DNA of 64,000 nt. Origin: Psammoneis japonica. Taxonomy: Eukaryota. A program made the translations under genes and the position numbers. The notes beneath the pieces were generated by a model, which saw only the letters and a list, made by a program, of their open reading frames with translations, was not told the DNA's origin and searched no databases. Location of the stretch: positions 496,001 through 560,000 of the forward strand of contig QPGO01000022.1 in NCBI GenBank assembly GCA_008632985.1, given 5' to 3'. Below, in pieces: positions 12,127-23,811 of the stretch. Every line of letters begins with the position of its first letter. Position 1 is the stretch's first letter.

Positions 12127-13050
12127 GGTGGACAAAATGGTGTCAGGACAATCAATTCTGGTTGGGAAGCGAAGGTGGACTCGAAACTTGGGTGAGAACA
12201 GACTTGACTTGAAATGGACTTGACTTGAAATCTTGAACTGTCTTAAAATCAGAAGTCGCCGGGCTTTGTCATCCCGTTCGTTGTTGAGTGCTAAACTTCC
12301 CATCCGGTCCGCAGAGTTGTGCCGGCACGTCCGAACCCGCAGCTGGCGGCGCTTTGGGTTGCTTGCGAGCGGAGCAGCGGGTTGTAAACCCCTGCAGGCA
12401 AGCTGACTAGAGGTGGACAAGACCCCCGAACCGTTCTTGTTTTACATCGGTTGGATTTCCCGATCAGGCTGGCCAGTTGACGCAGGCGTCAGGCGCTGTG
12501 GACGAACGAACAAACGCGGGAAAGCACCCTCGCCCCAACGCAGGCTGCAATCACGGCCACTTGCTCTCACAGTCGTCCTCGTGGACCTAGCAGAACTGTG
12601 GAGCACCAGTAGTCCGGGGTAGATCAGGTACAATGGACTCGGTGTGCTTGTAGAGTGGTGGCAAAACCGCAGTCCGAAGAGTGGGTACAGGTTCTTGGCC
12701 GTGAAGATATGTATATATACACATGTCTTCAGCGACGAAGATCCTTGAATATGTAGGGTTCTTGACCGTTAACCGATGAATGGGTATATCAAGGGATGAG
12801 GATCAAGGATAGACTTGGATATGACCGTTGAATGTATGTCTTCAGCGATCAAAGGTAGTATAATCAATCCAGATATCCAGCGGTAAGGAGACTTGACGGT
12901 GACGTTAACTTCCTGCCGATGCCCTGGTATTGAATGCGCGTAGACTTGCCGATGTATGTAGAATATATACGGAGGTCCACGTAGAATTAAAAATAGCGTC
13001 GTTGGTAAATCAACGACGACGATGGCGGTTGCTCAATGGGTTGACAATGA

Positions 13051-13065
13051 GCAAGACTGTTAATC
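13051..13065 (-). other. Putative primer-binding site of copia-1 (complementary to a tRNA-Asn(GUU) anticodon arm)
   Basis: The + strand reads GCAAGA-CTGTTAA-TC and abuts the 5' LTR. There is no TGG as required for a tRNA 3'-CCA primer. Confidence 0.55.
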
Positions 13066-13341
13066 TGACAGAAAATGAAGGCAAATGGCAAGAATTCAAA
13101 CAATAACTCCTTACTGCTGTCTAAATAGCAGATGAGTCTCCGCTCAGAGACCGTTACAGGAGCCGAAAGACGTGTAAGTCGGTATAATCGGGCTACTGTT
13201 ATTATTCTTGTGAGCCTTGTGGCTCGAAAGCAAACTACATCGCGCGTGAACGCGCGGAACTAAAGCACACAAAACTGTGCACGGTAAACTAAACAGCGCG
13301 CGATACTTCGCGCGCACCTAAATCCTGTTCAAATCCTGTCA
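13066..13341 (-). repeat. 5' LTR of copia-1 (TpA-intact copy)
   Basis: Pair of 6234-6509. Retains 17 TpA sites. Confidence 0.97.
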
Positions 13342-16300
13342 GACCCCAATGTTCCAACACACTCCTTTGCACAACAAGCCATCAATCAATTGACCTCATG
13401 TGCATCAAGCATGGGAGGATGACACTGCTTGGAAATCATGCCACCTGACACCACATCAACTTGTCCATCAACTCCCGTCATTCATCCGCATCATTGGATG
13501 CTGCCAACAGATGATTGCTGTCAGGAAAATCCCTTCTTGTGTGCCCAACTTTGTTGCACTTCCAGCATGAAAGCTTCTTCTTGTCATTCTGTGCAAAACT
13601 TGTGCCTTCAGGTCTTTTTTTGGTCCCGCACATGCTCAACACCTGCAACACCTCCTTGGCTGAATTGGGCCACATGTCAGCCTCCAATGTGAGCTGCCCC
13701 AATGCAGGTCTTTCAAGACATGCCAACAATCATTGGCACCTTCCATTGGCATCACCGCTGGTGACCTGTTCCTCTCTTTGCTCTGGGTGTCATCAACATC
13801 CTTGTTGAGCCCATCTTCTTTCTTGGCAAACTCCTCTTCTGGGACAATCCTGCCACAGGATGTTTCCACCATTTCAGCCATGCCCACAATCAGATTGCAA
13901 CAGTCTAAAGTGCTTCTCCTTCATCTTCTTGACAAATGAGCACCAGCTGTTTCCAGTCCATGCCTTCCTGGACATGTGGGTTTGTCTTCTCATTTGTGCC
14001 CAAACAAGATCAACTTGAGAGTGCTCAGCAGCCACCACGTCCCACTCCTTTGTGACTCTTGCAAGTTCTGCTGCTCCTTCAAGCTTGTGACAAATGACGG
14101 CCTTTGCACATTGCCCCACAATTGCATCCAATGCCCTCCCTTTCTGTGTTTTGCAGATCATGCTCTGCCTCACATGGTGATTGCATGTTTTGCCCCAGAT
14201 GGCCTCATCTTTCTCTGATGCTGTGGTGTCTCTTGACAGACAATCTGGCTCTCCTGACATGCTCTCCCACCTCAGAGAGGCACCAACTCCTGCATCTCTG
14301 GCCCAATCATTCTTCCAACATGTGTGTGCTTCACTCAAAGTCTTTCAAGAAATTGCCCTGGTGCATGTTCACAATCTGGAATTTTGGTCAAGGGGCACAT
14401 GCTCAAACACAGAGAATCTTGAATCCTGTTGCGGCAAATGCCTGGGAGAAGTCTGATGACAGAGCCAAGGCACCCCAAGCCTGACATGGAGAGGGTGTGT
14501 TTTTTGCCATGGCATCTAAGCAGCCCCCCTCAGCAAGTGGCAAGGCTGAGGCTGAGAGATGATTTCAAGGGCAGTTTTGCACACAGAGTTGCTCAACGGT
14601 GCTTTTTTGTTGAGTCCCTCATGCCTTCAAGATCAAACTGCACCTGCACCTGTTGCAGGTTGGAATGACAAAGCATGACAGCCGGCCTGAAAACCTCTGA
14701 CGGACGCTCATTTTGAGCTGTTGCCATCACAATGCCAGGCACAGTTTGTTTTTGTTGGGCATTGCTGCAGAACTGTAGATTGGATGGTTTGCAACATTTC
14801 AAAAGCATCTGACACAGTGTTTTGTGAAACAATTGACAAAAGTGATGACCCGCCAGGAATCCTCTAAGTTGTGCTCAAGAGTGCTGTGGAAAAAGATTTT
14901 GAGATTGATGAGAGTGAGATTGAAGCACTTTGTTTGCACTTGTCCATGGTGATTCCAAATGTCAAGTTCAACAAAGGGCATTTCAAAAAGTCATTGCCAG
15001 AGAGGGAGGATCAACAACAAACTTTTCAAGCAACAATGTGGCCAACAACTTGACAACAGCAGAAAAGAAGATCTTTCTTCTTTGAGCAAATTTTTTGGAC
15101 CAAGGCAATGATCCTTGGCATCAATTTTAAAACCAATGCTGCTGCACTGTTCTCAGTGTTCATTTGGCCAATGTTGCTGGACAACTCCTCATTGCCTGCA
15201 GCCTCTGCATTGAAAGTGGCAGCATCTTTGCTGCCATTTGCAGCTTCCCATTCCATTTTCAATTTGGTGGGCTCATCTCCATTGTTTTGCACGGGCACCA
15301 CATTTCCGTCATGCCAAACAATTGGAACAGAACAGGACAACAGATTTCACTGAAACTCAACATGTGGCACAACGGCTCCATGTGGGACATCAACCTCCAT
15401 GCCACCCCCCTCAGATCGTAAAAGGAGCACATCCTTTTGATGGCATGCTTCATGACAAATCCCATGAATCACGCCACTGCCAGTTGGGCCGGGGGCACAC
15501 CGACAATCTTGATGGCACCCTTTTCATAAAAGCCATTTGCTCCTTCTTGCAAAGGATCCAGGAAACCCTTCTCATTGCTCTCACTGTCATTTTGGAGACA
15601 GAAGCACATTTTGCCCAATGATGTTGTTGCGACCAGTGTTGTCATGGCCATGGTCTTGCCCTCATCATTGGCTTGAAACAGACAGGCAGCAAGAGCATAA
15701 AAGGCAGCTCCTCAACTTGCCAAATCATCCACTGAGTGAGGCTTGTCCACCTTTGCCATGGGTGAAACTCAGCATGCCAAATTTGGGGCAAAAGTTGGCA
15801 CACCAACTTTGGGGCAAACCTCAGCATGCAAACTTTTTTGGTGCAAAAGTTGGCAGGGTCTGCGGGAAATCGTGTTTTCAAGCAAAAAACAGAGAATCTC
15901 TGTGAGTTTCGACCATTTGCAACACCAACAGTGCAGCCGCACGTGCTTTTTCCATGTGATGAGCTCGCGCATTTTTGACACAACTTTGACACAAATCAAA
16001 GTTGTGCCACAGTTTCAAAAATGCACACCCGGGTGTTTTTAGAATTCCTGCGAGACTTCCAGTGCAAAATCCACACAAAAAAACATGACCCGGATGTGCA
16101 ATTTGAAAGTTGTGTCACACATTTTGAAAAATGTGCATGCGGGTCCTTTTGCATGTAGAAGCCTGGTGCATTCCCACACAACACAAAAAGTGGGACATTT
16201 TCAATTGTGCACATCCGGGTCTTTGCGCAGTTTTTCAGTCTCACACAGTTTTTTGCATCAAAAGTTGTGTCCAAAAATGTCTTTTCTGTGAAGTGGTGTC

Positions 16301-17300
16301 TGTGACAAATTTGTCTTGTCTGACAGATTTCATGCTGGCAGGCATGATTCACATCAATTTTGACACACACGCAGCCAGGTGGCAAAAATGGTGATTTCCC
16401 GCAGATTGCTTCCTGGCCTGCATTTTTGGATTCCTGATGGCTTCCCAGCCTTCTTCTTTGACAATGACTCCACTCCTTTGAGTGTTGTGCCACAACTTTT
16501 TGGCTTCTGTGTTGCAGTTTCATGGCTTGCCTGCTGGATGCTCAGTCTCACACTGACTCCAAACTCACTGTGTGGCTTGCAAACACACCTCTTAAATGCT
16601 GCCAAACACCATTGCCATGTCAACCGGGTGCAAAAGCCAAAAATTGAGCACAAGACCTGCGGCTCAACCCAAGTTGCGAGCGTGAATGCACTGCGTCATC
16701 CAAAATCATCAGCATGTCTTGCACTGTGACATTGTCTCTCTGTCCTGCAAAAACTGCTTCTGATCCTGATGTTCCAACACTGGTGGCTCCTCATGACCAG
16801 GTGGAAGAGGGGTGACAGGGCAAGCTGAAGAGGACATGGCATCTCTCTGGCCAAGGTGAGAAGGACATTCCCAGCAGAGTGTTGGTGGCTGCCCCCCACT
16901 CTTGTCCTTTTTCATTTGCTGCACTTGGCACATTTGTGTGCTTTTCAGTGGGGTGCATTGTTGCAACAAGCTCCACATTGCAAACAGAAAGTGGCAGCAA
17001 GGGCATCTTTGACAGGAAGCAATGGAGCCTTGAAAAAATGCACCTCAAACTGTTGATGCCACTTTGGTGCTTGCCTGGCTTCTTGGCTCTTGGCTTCTCA
17101 AAAAAGCAGCTGAAGAGAGAGAACACAAGAAGCAGAGCCAACAATTTTGTTCGGTCATGGCAAGTCTCAGCAGCCCCACACTCAACACTTGGATGTGCAG
17201 GCATGGTGGGCAGCAAGTCTTTGTGATGTGCTTGAGTTGACAAGGACAGAGAGAGGAGGTGAGTGGAGGGCAGGATGGACAGCACCAAAGAATCTGCACC
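13342..17300. mobile_element. Old TpA/CpG-depleted transposon relics (continuation of the relic interrupted by copia-1, plus others)
   Basis: 13342-13420 continues the unit seen intact at 4740-4830. Gag-like text at 13874-14338(-). Inverted CCCGGATGTGCA-type motifs at 16085-16221. A third copy of the unit lies at about 16540-16790. Confidence 0.7.
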
Positions 17301-17828
17301 ACGGCAACCAGTGCAGTGGCCAGCAGCTGAGAGCTGGCTCTGCAGTGGTGGCAAGAGCTGCTGTGGCTGCTGCCAGTGGAGAGCTCTCTGCACTGGAGCT
17401 CTGGCTCTCTAGAGTGGAGAGAGCAGGGCTGCACAGCAGCTGGCCAGCCAGCTGCTCGCTGCTGCTGGCAGCTGCCACTCTAGGGCCCTAGAGAGCAGAG
17501 AGAGCTCACAGTGTTCTCCATCCATCCACTGCCACTCTCCAGCTAGTGTGAGGTTACAGCCACCAGTGGAGAGACCCTCGCCTGCCTGGTAGAGGCCCAG
17601 CTCCGTGCGTCCGCCGTTGACTGACTCACGTCACCCAGCTCCAGCACGCGCGATCGCGAGCGTGCATCATCCATCATATCATACCGCGGCATCATCACTC
17701 ATCACAGATCACAGAATCATCACAGATCGAGCGCTTCACATCTGTCAACACGCACAACACCACCCATCACAATGCAAAAATACATTCAACCAAGAGAGAC
17801 TATTATAACAGCCTGTTAGATTTAGAAG

Positions 17829-19360
17829 ATGATGCGTGACCTAGTTTGCGGACTAATTTTACTCCTTTCTGAAACCCTTGAGGTAACTAGTGCCTTCTCG
17901 GCGACCCTGCCTTCTCGAAGGTTGTTTGTTTCGAAGTCACCCAGGATGCCGCAAACATCGTGGCGGCTCCATGAAGAACCTCCGAAAACAGGAGAAGCTG
18001 CCTTAGAAGAGCTCAGCGAAGAACGCCGCGCTAATCTCTTCCAATCTCTATTGCGGGACTTGCAAGTGGAAGGAGTACCTCTGCTTGGTTGTGATGCTCA
18101 GCAAGTAAACACGCTGAATGCTGCGGTTTGGACGACTGTCGCTGAAATCAGTGAACAGCCCGACGAGCAGAAAGTATGTATTGTGCTTGAGAGCATCCCG
18201 TTAGGAGCTCTCAAAGCTTTTGCCGACGATTTTCTCGTTCTCAAGACCCAAAAACGGCTCATGGACTACCTCCCTGAGCTAGAAAGGATCTCGATTTCCC
18301 TTCTCGGGAAAGGCGTTGGCCCAGCTCTCGTAATCGAAGCAAGCGCTCGAACCAAGGAGGAAGAGGAGGATGCTGCGGCTCGAGCGCAAGTTTCTGCCAG
18401 GGTAGACGAAACTAAGTGCACCAAGTCACTAAAGGCGTTTGTGGAAAGGATGGTGATAGGTGAAGAAGCTTGCCCCTATACTAAGGTGCGTCGACTTTTG
18501 TGACTTACTTTCATTTGCCAAACAATTTGAGCTTACCGAAGTGTGCTCCCTTACTCGAAGACTCCCGATATATCTGCGACTGGCCTCGAGGCGAAAGGAG
18601 TCACGCCTGGACCGGTAGGGTACCGATACTCACCATCGTCGGATGCCTGTGGTGCTCTCGCGGCCTTTTGGAACTGCGTGTGCGAGCTCATTGCTACTCC
18701 CGAAGAACAATTGAGCACCGTCGTCCTTAGCCTACCGGCTATTGGACCTGGAATGTCGGAAGAAGCGCACAATCGCTTTGCTACCGTCGTCGAACTGATT
18801 AGTCGAAACCTCTGTCTCTTTCGTGGCGATGCCTCCTTTGGATTGGTTCACTTTCACCCGGCGTACGCCCGAAACAAAATCAATCCCGTCGACAAGCCGG
18901 CGTGTGAGTAGCCCTTTTGTTCTGCAGCTGCATCTTGGAAAGCCTTCTGCAAGGCTGATCCATAGGCATCCGTCACAAACAAGACTCGCTCAACCTTTCC
19001 ATTGCCCCTTTTTCGTTCTTTTCGTTTCGTTCAGATGGACACTTGCCCCCGCATAGCTGGCTCCGTCCAATGATGCGTCTGAACGGTAATGAGGAGCAAG
19101 CTGACAGCATGACCGATGAACAGCTAGAGCAGTCCGATTATCAACGTCGTTCCCCACACACTGCTATTAATATTTTGAGAGTTTCCCAGCTGAACGCTGC
19201 AGCCGGCGCAAAATCGATTGTAGACTTGGACTTAGGCAATGGCGTTACAGAAAAGGCTAGTGGAATCACAACATATAGCAGAAATGCGATCCGGTTAGGA
19301 AACATTGATAAAGAACAGCTGGATTCAGCGGTTGCGGCTGAACGGGCAATGGAGCAATAG
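17829..19360 (+). CDS. Uncharacterised, probably plastid-targeted protein (DUF1415-like motifs); 3 exons, about 17829-18485, 18561-18903, 19035-19360
   Basis: Signal peptide followed by TSA-FSA (ASAF-like). GT-AG introns join three ORFs in frame. CPYT, HFHP and RRSPH motifs. Confidence 0.75.
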
Positions 19361-19426
19361 GCTAGAGGTTCACGTTTAAGAACTAGATCATTATATCGCA
19401 CCGAGTGAATGAATCGCAGAATGAAC

Positions 19427-21749
19427 TCAGCCATAGACAAGAGAAATAGGGAGGTTCCGACACTGCAGAAGTGATACGGGTTTCGCGGAAATCACAGCGC
19501 GATTGGAAACCAAATCGCAGTCCGGGTATAGCGAAGAAAAAGAAATGCCTTTTGGAGGCTCAACCTTGCTGCCCGAAGGGGCTGAAACGGTTTCATCTAC
19601 AAAACATCGCCAGACTTCCGGATTCCTTGATTGGTACTCGTACGGGTCAAAATTCGTGTCTTCAGGGATGATCCTTAGATTGCGATGGCGGATATGCTTG
19701 ACGGCGTCTTCTCCAAAACAGAAAGGCCCGAGTCTACATTCTCGCATACGAAAGTTGACCGCAAGTTCGTTGCTCCATATTCGAAGGAATGAAATTTGAG
19801 ACCGAGTAGCGTGCTGCAACCACTCAATCTCTCTATAGCATTGAGTGAACAAGCACACATGCAGGATTACTCCAAAAGAAGCGGGGCGGTTACTGGGACC
19901 TGGTTCATTGCGTTGTTTCTTGTTGGAAAATACAACAGCTAGCACCACAGACCTACCTCCGTCCGCTACGGAGACAAGGCTGTAGTGAAAGTCAACATTC
20001 ACAAGAACTGCAACATCACGAATCGATGTCCCCAAAAGCTTCTTTCTCCGTTTGAGAATATCGCTCAACAGAGCATCAACACGCAAATAGGCTTCATAAG
20101 CAATGTGTACGTCTTTTGTCTGCTCTACTGGGTCATCGCACGAAGAACCAGTAAAACAGTCCGACCAGCACTCATCCCATACGTTGTCTTCAGAATGTGT
20201 CACAATGTCATTTCGTTTTGGCATTATTGGGAATTTGGCTGACCTCTCTACAGGTGTCACGGGACAGGAAGCGCTCTGGTTGTTCCAATCGCCTGTAACA
20301 ACCCATGTAACCCGAAATCCGTCGTCCTCGTCATTGAGTAGGAGATAAGCTGGAATATGCAAAGTGAAGCGGCAGAGCAGATCGCCTTGAGATTTTTTCG
20401 GCTTCAACGGGATACAAGTACAACTCCAGAGTAAATTTCGCATTGTAAACGAGAGCCACCCGCCAATGCGTACGTTGGAACATTTGTAGCTCAAGATGCG
20501 CCTCGTCTTTCCTGTTGCATCTCCACGATGCGAGAAGCCGTTGGGTAGCGGAAATATCACTAGAGTTCCGAGCGTGTCTTCGTCCTATGAGTATTATTCA
20601 CAGTGAAAAGAAGATAAGAAGCTTAGACTCGTCGGCACAAAGTCTTGAAGCCAACAAAAGCCGTATAGAGAACTCACACGGGTTGCCGGTGCTTCTACAA
20701 GCGATGACCGTGGGAGAAGTGGGGTGCTATGAGATGTTGGGAATGCTGAGGTCGAGTGATGCAGAAAGGCGACACCCAAGATTGAGTCACTTGTCAATAG
20801 AAGCTGAACAGGTGTGGTAGCTGCTGGAGATGAAAAACTGTCGCCCAAGAGGGATGACGGGGCGGAAAAATTCCTATGCAGTTGAAGGCAAATGACAAGG
20901 AGGATGGTTCAGGATACGACGGGGAGGAAGCTTGACGTTCGTATGCAAAACTTTGGCGGAACGAGGAACGATACCTGTTGCGGGTTTCTGCATCATTTTC
21001 TTCCGTGAGAAGAGGAATTGTTTGCATTATGCGTGAAGCAGGAGCTGCAGATTGAGCAAGAGTTGCTGGAGCAGGTGTTGCTAAGGTTGGCCGGACCAAA
21101 GAGAGAGAGAGAGAGAGAGAGAGAAATAAGCGGAATGCAATATGCAATACCTTTCGGATCACAAAGGTATTACTAACGAGCACCAGTACTCACCGTAAAA
21201 GCGGAGTGCCAAAAGTGGTGTGTGTCCGAAAGCGTTTTCACCCCCTCCCGTAGTTCCAGCTTGTCGACCGCCGAGACATACAACGTACGCTGTTCAAGAA
21301 GAAGATGTTCCGGTGAGATTGTTCTCGCTTTCCGGTTCAGTATTTTCACGTCCAGAGCATGCACAGGGTGACTCACATCCATTTCTCTCTAGAGCCAATA
21401 CTGCATCAGACGAGGGCGTCCCCAGCTTTGAGAATTGAATCGATCGTCTCGCGTAGCTTCGCCAGACCTTACAGCCTTTCTTGTCGACTTTGTGAAGGAT
21501 GGTAGACTGCCAAGCACAGATTGATCTTGACCAAGTTCCACACTGACGCGCAGCAAGCAGAACCGGAATTGATTTGCTCTTCCTTATCTGCATGTTCGAC
21601 GACGGCAGAAGGTCTCCGTCCCAACCTGCAACTGGTTGTCTGTTGTGGCGCTTTGAAGGGAGTACGAGTCCATGAGTTTGGTGCCTCATACGACGCTTTC
21701 GAAGGAAACGTGCACGCCCCAAAGACGGTATATCTTTTTCACTTGTCAT
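19427..21749 (-). CDS. Uncharacterised multi-exon protein; exon structure uncertain
   Basis: 377-aa ORF 19427-20560 plus upstream - strand ORFs (20794-21029, 21294-21758) with GTGAGT donors. Normal TA content. Confidence 0.55.
21100..21124 (+). repeat. (GA)n microsatellite
   Basis: About 12 GA units seen directly. Confidence 0.9.
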
Positions 21750-22289
21750 AGCGTTCAACAGATGCCAATGGGAAGGATTCTATCAACGAATGATCATACC
21801 AAGTAGGATCAGCTTACTGTACATGTTATTCCAGAGAGAAGTGAGAATGTTCGTTGACTGTGTCGCAGAGGTCAAAAATGCTGCAGAAGCGAAAAATCAC
21901 GTGCACAGCTACTGTACCGGTAGCGCACGACACGACATACTCTTCTCTATCGGTACTCTAGCTAGAGTAGCCATAGAGTAGAGTATGGTACTCTCTACTA
22001 AGCCTTAGTAGAGAGTGGTGTTAGAGGTATTTCATTCCTACAGTATCTTGTCTCTTCTTCCGTCCACATACTCGATCGTCTCCACCGCACTCTCTCTCTA
22101 GAGAGAGACTCCACATAGCGAAAGCTTCTTTCTATACTAACTCTGTCCGAAACGCATCCAGTTAACGAAACCAATAAAAATTATCACTTTTAGATCTTAT
22201 CCAACACCATCCCTTGATGCAAACAACAAAAGTCATATACTAAAACAGATACAGCTACAGGTAGGGGGCACGCCGGGAGAGCGGCTGAA

Positions 22290-23594
22290 TCACAGCCACT
22301 GAACAGCGTCCAAAAGGAACTCTCCAAACTCGCTCTCTTCTTCCTCGTCCGTCAAAAGGCAGGGGACGGATTCTTGTTGAGCCGCCCCAACGGAATGAGT
22401 TAGGACGTTGACCGGTGCCAACTTGATTTCCGGTAGCTTGATCTCTGTCGACTGGCAGGTATCCGGCCTGGTCGAGCCAGCAAACATGGAATCTTCAGGA
22501 AGGAGGGGTGCAGAAGCGTCACCAGTGATCTTCACTGCTGGAAATGGTGATCTTAGAGGTCATAATGACGACACTTGAGTAAGTATCGTCGCGACCGTGA
22601 GCGACAAGGACTGTCCACAATTTCAACCACTTGACTCGATCAGACCTGCTCCAACAAACGCAATGGCAGCCCTTCGCTTCAACCTCGACGCCCCAATGCT
22701 GTCGCAGCTTGTAGCAAGCTACCGCATTATTTAGAACAAACAGATGCTAGATCTGTGTTGTTGAGAGGATTGGTGGGGGCAATAAAGTGTCGAGATTTTA
22801 GGAAGGGGAAACCATGCGGTTGCGCGACTTGTCGATCGAGCACGTGGTAGATCTTGCAGAAAGCCTTGTCAGCATCATAGGGTATGAAATCTGTACTATG
22901 CTGGTAGAGAGATCAAATTGATTAAGTGCTGCTTCTCGCCCTCTTCCATGGAGAGTTGATGATGCTGGCCTTCGGTGGCTTGGAACCTGCCTGTGTCAAC
23001 AAGAGAACAAGACGCAATGGGTGAAACTGTGGGTGAGGCACGCGGGGACGCACTTGGTGTAGAGGACGGGGAGACGATCGTCTTTTGCACTACAATATCC
23101 GGGAGGGAGGAAGAAAGATTCTCTGGAGAGACGTCGTGGCTTTGCTCTAGGCTTTTGATCTTTTCCATCACGTCGTTGAACTTTAGCTTCCACTCTTCGA
23201 CCTCGGCTTCGAGCTCGACGATGCGGTCACGCTGACGCTGTCGCGACGCCGCTGCGCTCTCTCGATTCCTCTTGCGTCTCTGCTCCCTCCTCCACACGGC
23301 TGCCTCTTCTTTCGTCATTGGCACATCGGGATCGTATTTCATTTGAGGCTTCTTGGCCTTGGTCGTCTTCTTGGACTTGGCGACCAAGGTAGATCCCGTT
23401 TTGACGAATTCCTCTGAAACCTTCCGTTTCACACGAGGCGGCTCCGCGACAATCGACGAGATCACATCGGGCGTGGACTGCGCATGGTCTGGAACTGCAG
23501 AACCACGTTGTGTCGAGAGGATCTCACGCCGGCGCTTGCGTGCTAGCGCAGAGGAATCATTCATGTGTGGAGGAGGAGCAACAGCGGCTGTCAT
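22290..23594 (-). CDS. bZIP transcription factor; exon 1 23594-22901 and a C-terminal exon 22537-22290 (candidate HAC1/XBP1-like)
   Basis: Basic region RRKRNRESAAASRQRQR followed by a leucine zipper. The downstream ORF ends in acidic/hydrophobic EEEESEFGEFLLDAVQWL. The unspliced ORF stops at 22896. Confidence 0.85.
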
Positions 23595-23811
23595 GGTGCA
23601 GTAGCTAACTCGTAGAAAGGATTCGAGACGCTCAACGTGAGTTGTGTGGGATTCGCTCCGTTTCTTTCGGAGGGAAGTGATGTGCCGTGCGCAGCGTGCG
23701 AACACTTCAACCTGAAATATGTACCAGAATCGCAGTAGAATCTACCTTGCAGTAGGACTCACCTTGATCTTCGTACTGAGGAATTTGTGGCTCTCGAAGA
23801 GTTTCCATTCA

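Larger units (their letters stand above)
6234..13341 (-). mobile_element. Full-length Ty1/copia LTR retrotransposon (CoDi-type), copia-1
   Basis: 276-bp TG...CA LTRs at 6234-6509 and 13066-13341. 5-bp TSD GACCC at 6229-6233 and 13342-13346. PPT (AAACTGGGGAG on -) at 6510-6520. Single gag-PR-IN-RT-RH ORF. Confidence 0.97.

Noticed and set aside
13025..13070. A tRNA-Asn gene
   Set aside because: Only an anticodon-arm-like stretch is present, with no T-arm or acceptor stem. It is better explained as a PBS.
6234..13341. Classical RIP (CpA->TpA) acting on the TA-rich LTR
   Set aside because: Conserved Tyr in RT/RNase H motifs and the host-gene paralog comparison show TA is ancestral. RIP would also create stop codons, and this ORF has none.
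1..17600. Dozens of overlapping Cys/His/Gln-rich, Tyr-free ORFs in all six frames
   Set aside because: Artefact of TAA/TAG depletion in mutated TE DNA. They have no coherent domains apart from the copia polyprotein and TE fragments.
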